64,000 nucleotides of DNA from Escherichia virus TH47. Under the pieces are notes generated by a model. That model saw nothing but the letters and a program-made list of their open reading frames with translations, was not told the DNA's origin and searched no databases. Every line of letters starts with the position of its first letter. The stretch's first letter is position 1. The stretch is from the sequence record MT446416.1; one strand, written 5' to 3'. A program made the translations under genes and the position numbers. This document shows positions 61,584 to 64,000 of the stretch, in pieces.

Positions 61584-62699
61584 TTATTTTTTATTGATAC
61601 CAGAAAGAACATCGAGTTCTTTTAGGAATGCCATATCGTCAGCGGTCATTTCTTCGCTTTCAACAATAGCCTGACGGTTGCCAGTGATTACTTTACCTTC
61701 TGCAAGAGTTCTCTTAGCGGAAGACTGAACTGCTTGACGAGTGGTAGCAGATTCATTTACTTTAGTACCGTTAAGTACTGACTTATGGTACTTGCTGAAA
61801 TCGTCTTTAAGCTTTTCTGTAGGAGAAGTAGCTAGAAGGGATTCCATAATTTGTTTCTGTTGTGTAGTTAGTGGCTTAACTAGTTCAGACATAATCGCAT
61901 TACGAGCTTGTGAATCTTCCATAATACGTAGTTTGGTTTTAGCAGCTTTAACTTCACTTACAGTTTCATTTAGTTCTTTCTTAACTTGAGCAATTTCGTC
62001 TTCTTTAGACTTGATTGATTCAGTTAGGGAACGTAGTAGTGAATTCTCATTAAATTGTTTGACATTAAACTCTTGAGCAAATGCTTCAAAGATTTTACGA
62101 CCAAACATATTTTGTTTTGCTTCAACAAGATCTTCTTTCAAAGCGTATAGGTTTTTCTGAGTAGTTTCTGCAATATATTTAGCAGCACTTTCAGATGTAC
62201 GTTTGATGAAGTTGTTACGTGCTTCAGCAATTTGACGGGAGCCTTCAGCTAGTAGTTTAACGCGAGTTTCAACTAGTTGACGTTTCTCGATGTGGAATTC
62301 TTTTAGCTCTTCTGCTAGGATACCGTTAGAGAAATTAACGAATTTACCCATGCATTCTTGAAGATGCTTACGTTCTTTACGCATTTGTTTAACTTCTTCA
62401 GCCAAAACAGAGTTAGAAAACGCAGAGAAATTACTTAGGGTTTTGCGGAGAGTTACACGATCTTCTACAAGACGTTTTTTCTCTTCATATACTGCACCCA
62501 TTTCTTCAGCGATAACTTGAGTAACCATAGTATTTAGACCTTCGGTTAGCTCAGACAAATCTTGTTTGTAGCGGCCTTTCATTTCTTCACGCATTTCTGC
62601 GGCAAGTGTGTTTTTTTCTTCATTCCATGCTTCCTGAATTAGCTGTTTTGCCTCATCAGAAAGAGATGATTCTTTTAGAAGCTTTTCTAATTTAGACAT
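61584..62699 (-). CDS. gp22: prohead scaffold/core protein (T4 gp22-like)
   Basis: 371-aa Glu/Lys-rich coiled-coil protein between the prohead protease and capsid genes. Confidence 0.55.
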   Translation of the reverse strand: MSKLEKLLKESSLSDEAKQLIQEAWNEEKNTLAAEMREEMKGRYKQDLSELTEGLNTMVTQVIAEEMGAVYEEKKRLVEDRVTLRKTLSNFSAFSNSVLAEEVKQMRKERKHLQECMGKFVNFSNGILAEELKEFHIEKRQLVETRVKLLAEGSRQIAEARNNFIKRTSESAAKYIAETTQKNLYALKEDLVEAKQNMFGRKIFEAFAQEFNVKQFNENSLLRSLTESIKSKEDEIAQVKKELNETVSEVKAAKTKLRIMEDSQARNAIMSELVKPLTTQQKQIMESLLATSPTEKLKDDFSKYHKSVLNGTKVNESATTRQAVQSSAKRTLAEGKVITGNRQAIVESEEMTADDMAFLKELDVLSGINKK

Positions 62700-62746
62700 T
62701 CGTTCTCTCCTTTAAGTACTGAAATATCTGTACTTCAACATACAAA

Positions 62747-62754
62747 TATTTATA
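62747..62754 (-). promoter_or_regulatory. T4-late-type promoter TATAAATA upstream of gp22
   Basis: Minus-strand AAAATATAAATATTTG about 50 nt upstream of ATG. Confidence 0.4.
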
Positions 62755-62765
62755 TTTTTAAAATG

Positions 62766-63386
62766 TTAACCTTTTAATTTCTTGAAAAAATCGTAAATTT
62801 CAGAATCTACATTATTTACTGTTTTAGATTCTGTGATTTTTTTAGGACTATTACAAGGTGATCCGTACTTACTCATCAGAGATTCAAAAACCGCAGTAGG
62901 GTATGCCTCTGGAGCACTAGGTTGAGCAACAATATCAATTGTGATAATTTCAAAATCAGAAACTATTCCATTGTAATCCACGTTACCGGAACCACGAGAA
63001 CTTACACCAAGTTTCACACCAGCTTCTAGCATTTTACGAATATTAGTACCATGAGCAGTATCAAGTAGTTTGATTTCTGCCATGCCGTTAGCACCTTCCA
63101 TCCAGACCTTAGTAATCATTGCTGCTACACGGTCAAGGTTAATTGTTAGTGTTTCGGGGTGGTCACATTCAACTAGAATACTTTCACCTTTAGCCAAACG
63201 TTGAGCCATATTATTAACAGCTTTAGTAATTTCGGCTAAAGGGTAAATTCTCTCATTTAAATTTCTTTGGTCGGCTTGAATAGCAATACCACGAAGATAG
63301 CAATCACGCCCACCAAGTCCATTATCACGATGTTCCAAAACAACTTTAGAATCATTGAATGAAGACCATTCACGAATCATACTCAT
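62766..63386 (-). CDS. gp21: prohead protease (T4 gp21-like)
   Basis: NERIYPLAEITKAV, GVSSRGSG and QPSAPEA blocks match T4 gp21. Confidence 0.85.
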   Translation of the reverse strand: MSMIREWSSFNDSKVVLEHRDNGLGGRDCYLRGIAIQADQRNLNERIYPLAEITKAVNNMAQRLAKGESILVECDHPETLTINLDRVAAMITKVWMEGANGMAEIKLLDTAHGTNIRKMLEAGVKLGVSSRGSGNVDYNGIVSDFEIITIDIVAQPSAPEAYPTAVFESLMSKYGSPCNSPKKITESKTVNNVDSEIYDFFKKLKG

Positions 63387-63417
63387 AATGATCTCCTTTC
63401 CTTTTCTTTATTTAGTG

Positions 63418-64000
63418 TTAGATTTTTGGTTGTGATTTTGGTAGTGGAGAGCGAGATTTAGAAGCAGTATTTTTTGGCTTCGCAACATCTTTCATTTCGC
63501 CACGAGCATTTTTACCTAGGTCTTCATCAGTGTGAGACATAGCATCTTCGTTTTCAAAATCATAATCTACTTGTTTTTCGGAAGCTTTAGCGAATTTCAC
63601 TGGAGCAACACCTTGAACTGGAGATTTAGCTTCTGGAGCAACTGGAGACTTGGTATTAACGCCAGCTTTTTCTTTCTTATCAACCGCAGCAACTTGCTTA
63701 AGTTTGAAAGACTCACCAACTTTCTCATCACCGAATTGTACATCAGCAAATTCGTCTTCAGATTCTTCACCATCAGCACCAACTTCAACTTCGTCTTCAG
63801 AACCTAGGTCAACTTCATCACCGCCGATTTCGTCAAACATTTGTTGTAGGCCACGGAAAGCATCTTGAATAGATTCCCATTGGTCTTCGGAAGGAACTTC
63901 TGCACCAACTTCTGCTTCAGCGTCAACTTCTTCGCCATCAGCATCAGCAGAGAATTCAACTTCTTCTTCTGCACTTTCATCTTCTTCACCTAGGGTGTAT
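63418..64000 (-). CDS. acidic protein, possible prohead core component (5' end beyond window)
   Basis: Frame of ORF 63418..63840 stays open upstream to the window edge; Asp/Glu/Val-rich repeats; sits where T4 has gp67/gp68. Confidence 0.35.
   Translation of the reverse strand, partial: YTLGEEDESAEEEVEFSADADGEEVDAEAEVGAEVPSEDQWESIQDAFRGLQQMFDEIGGDEVDLGSEDEVEVGADGEESEDEFADVQFGDEKVGESFKLKQVAAVDKKEKAGVNTKSPVAPEAKSPVQGVAPVKFAKASEKQVDYDFENEDAMSHTDEDLGKNARGEMKDVAKPKNTASKSRSPLPKSQPKI

Overview
AT-rich segment of a T4-like myovirus genome, with about 75 protein genes, almost all on the minus strand; everything below is read from the ORF translations and the DNA by eye, with no database search run. 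Recognisable by motif and by remembered similarity to T4 proteins: clamp loader gp44, topoisomerase II subunits gp52 and gp39, Dda helicase, RNase HI, dihydrofolate reductase, NrdA/NrdB, gp41 helicase, gp61 primase, UvsW, UvsX, a candidate UvsY, gp32, DexA-like exonuclease, T4 RNase H-type flap nuclease, gp45 clamp, gp43 polymerase, terminase large subunit, and the head genes gp21, gp22 and gp23. Gene order is not T4-syntenic. The accessory content is the interesting part: an IF3-like and a ClpS-like gene side by side, two GroES-like genes, a KTSC-domain gene, a RecB/Cas4-like nuclease, three putative homing-endonuclease-type genes, and a plus-strand island of tandem secreted paralogs. Two genes, including the essential terminase, are broken by a one-nucleotide frame change, both at a C-GGA junction. 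Regulatory signals include repeated T4-late-type TATAAATA motifs, recurrent extended -10 elements, and many hairpin terminators. No tRNA, rRNA or CRISPR array was seen.
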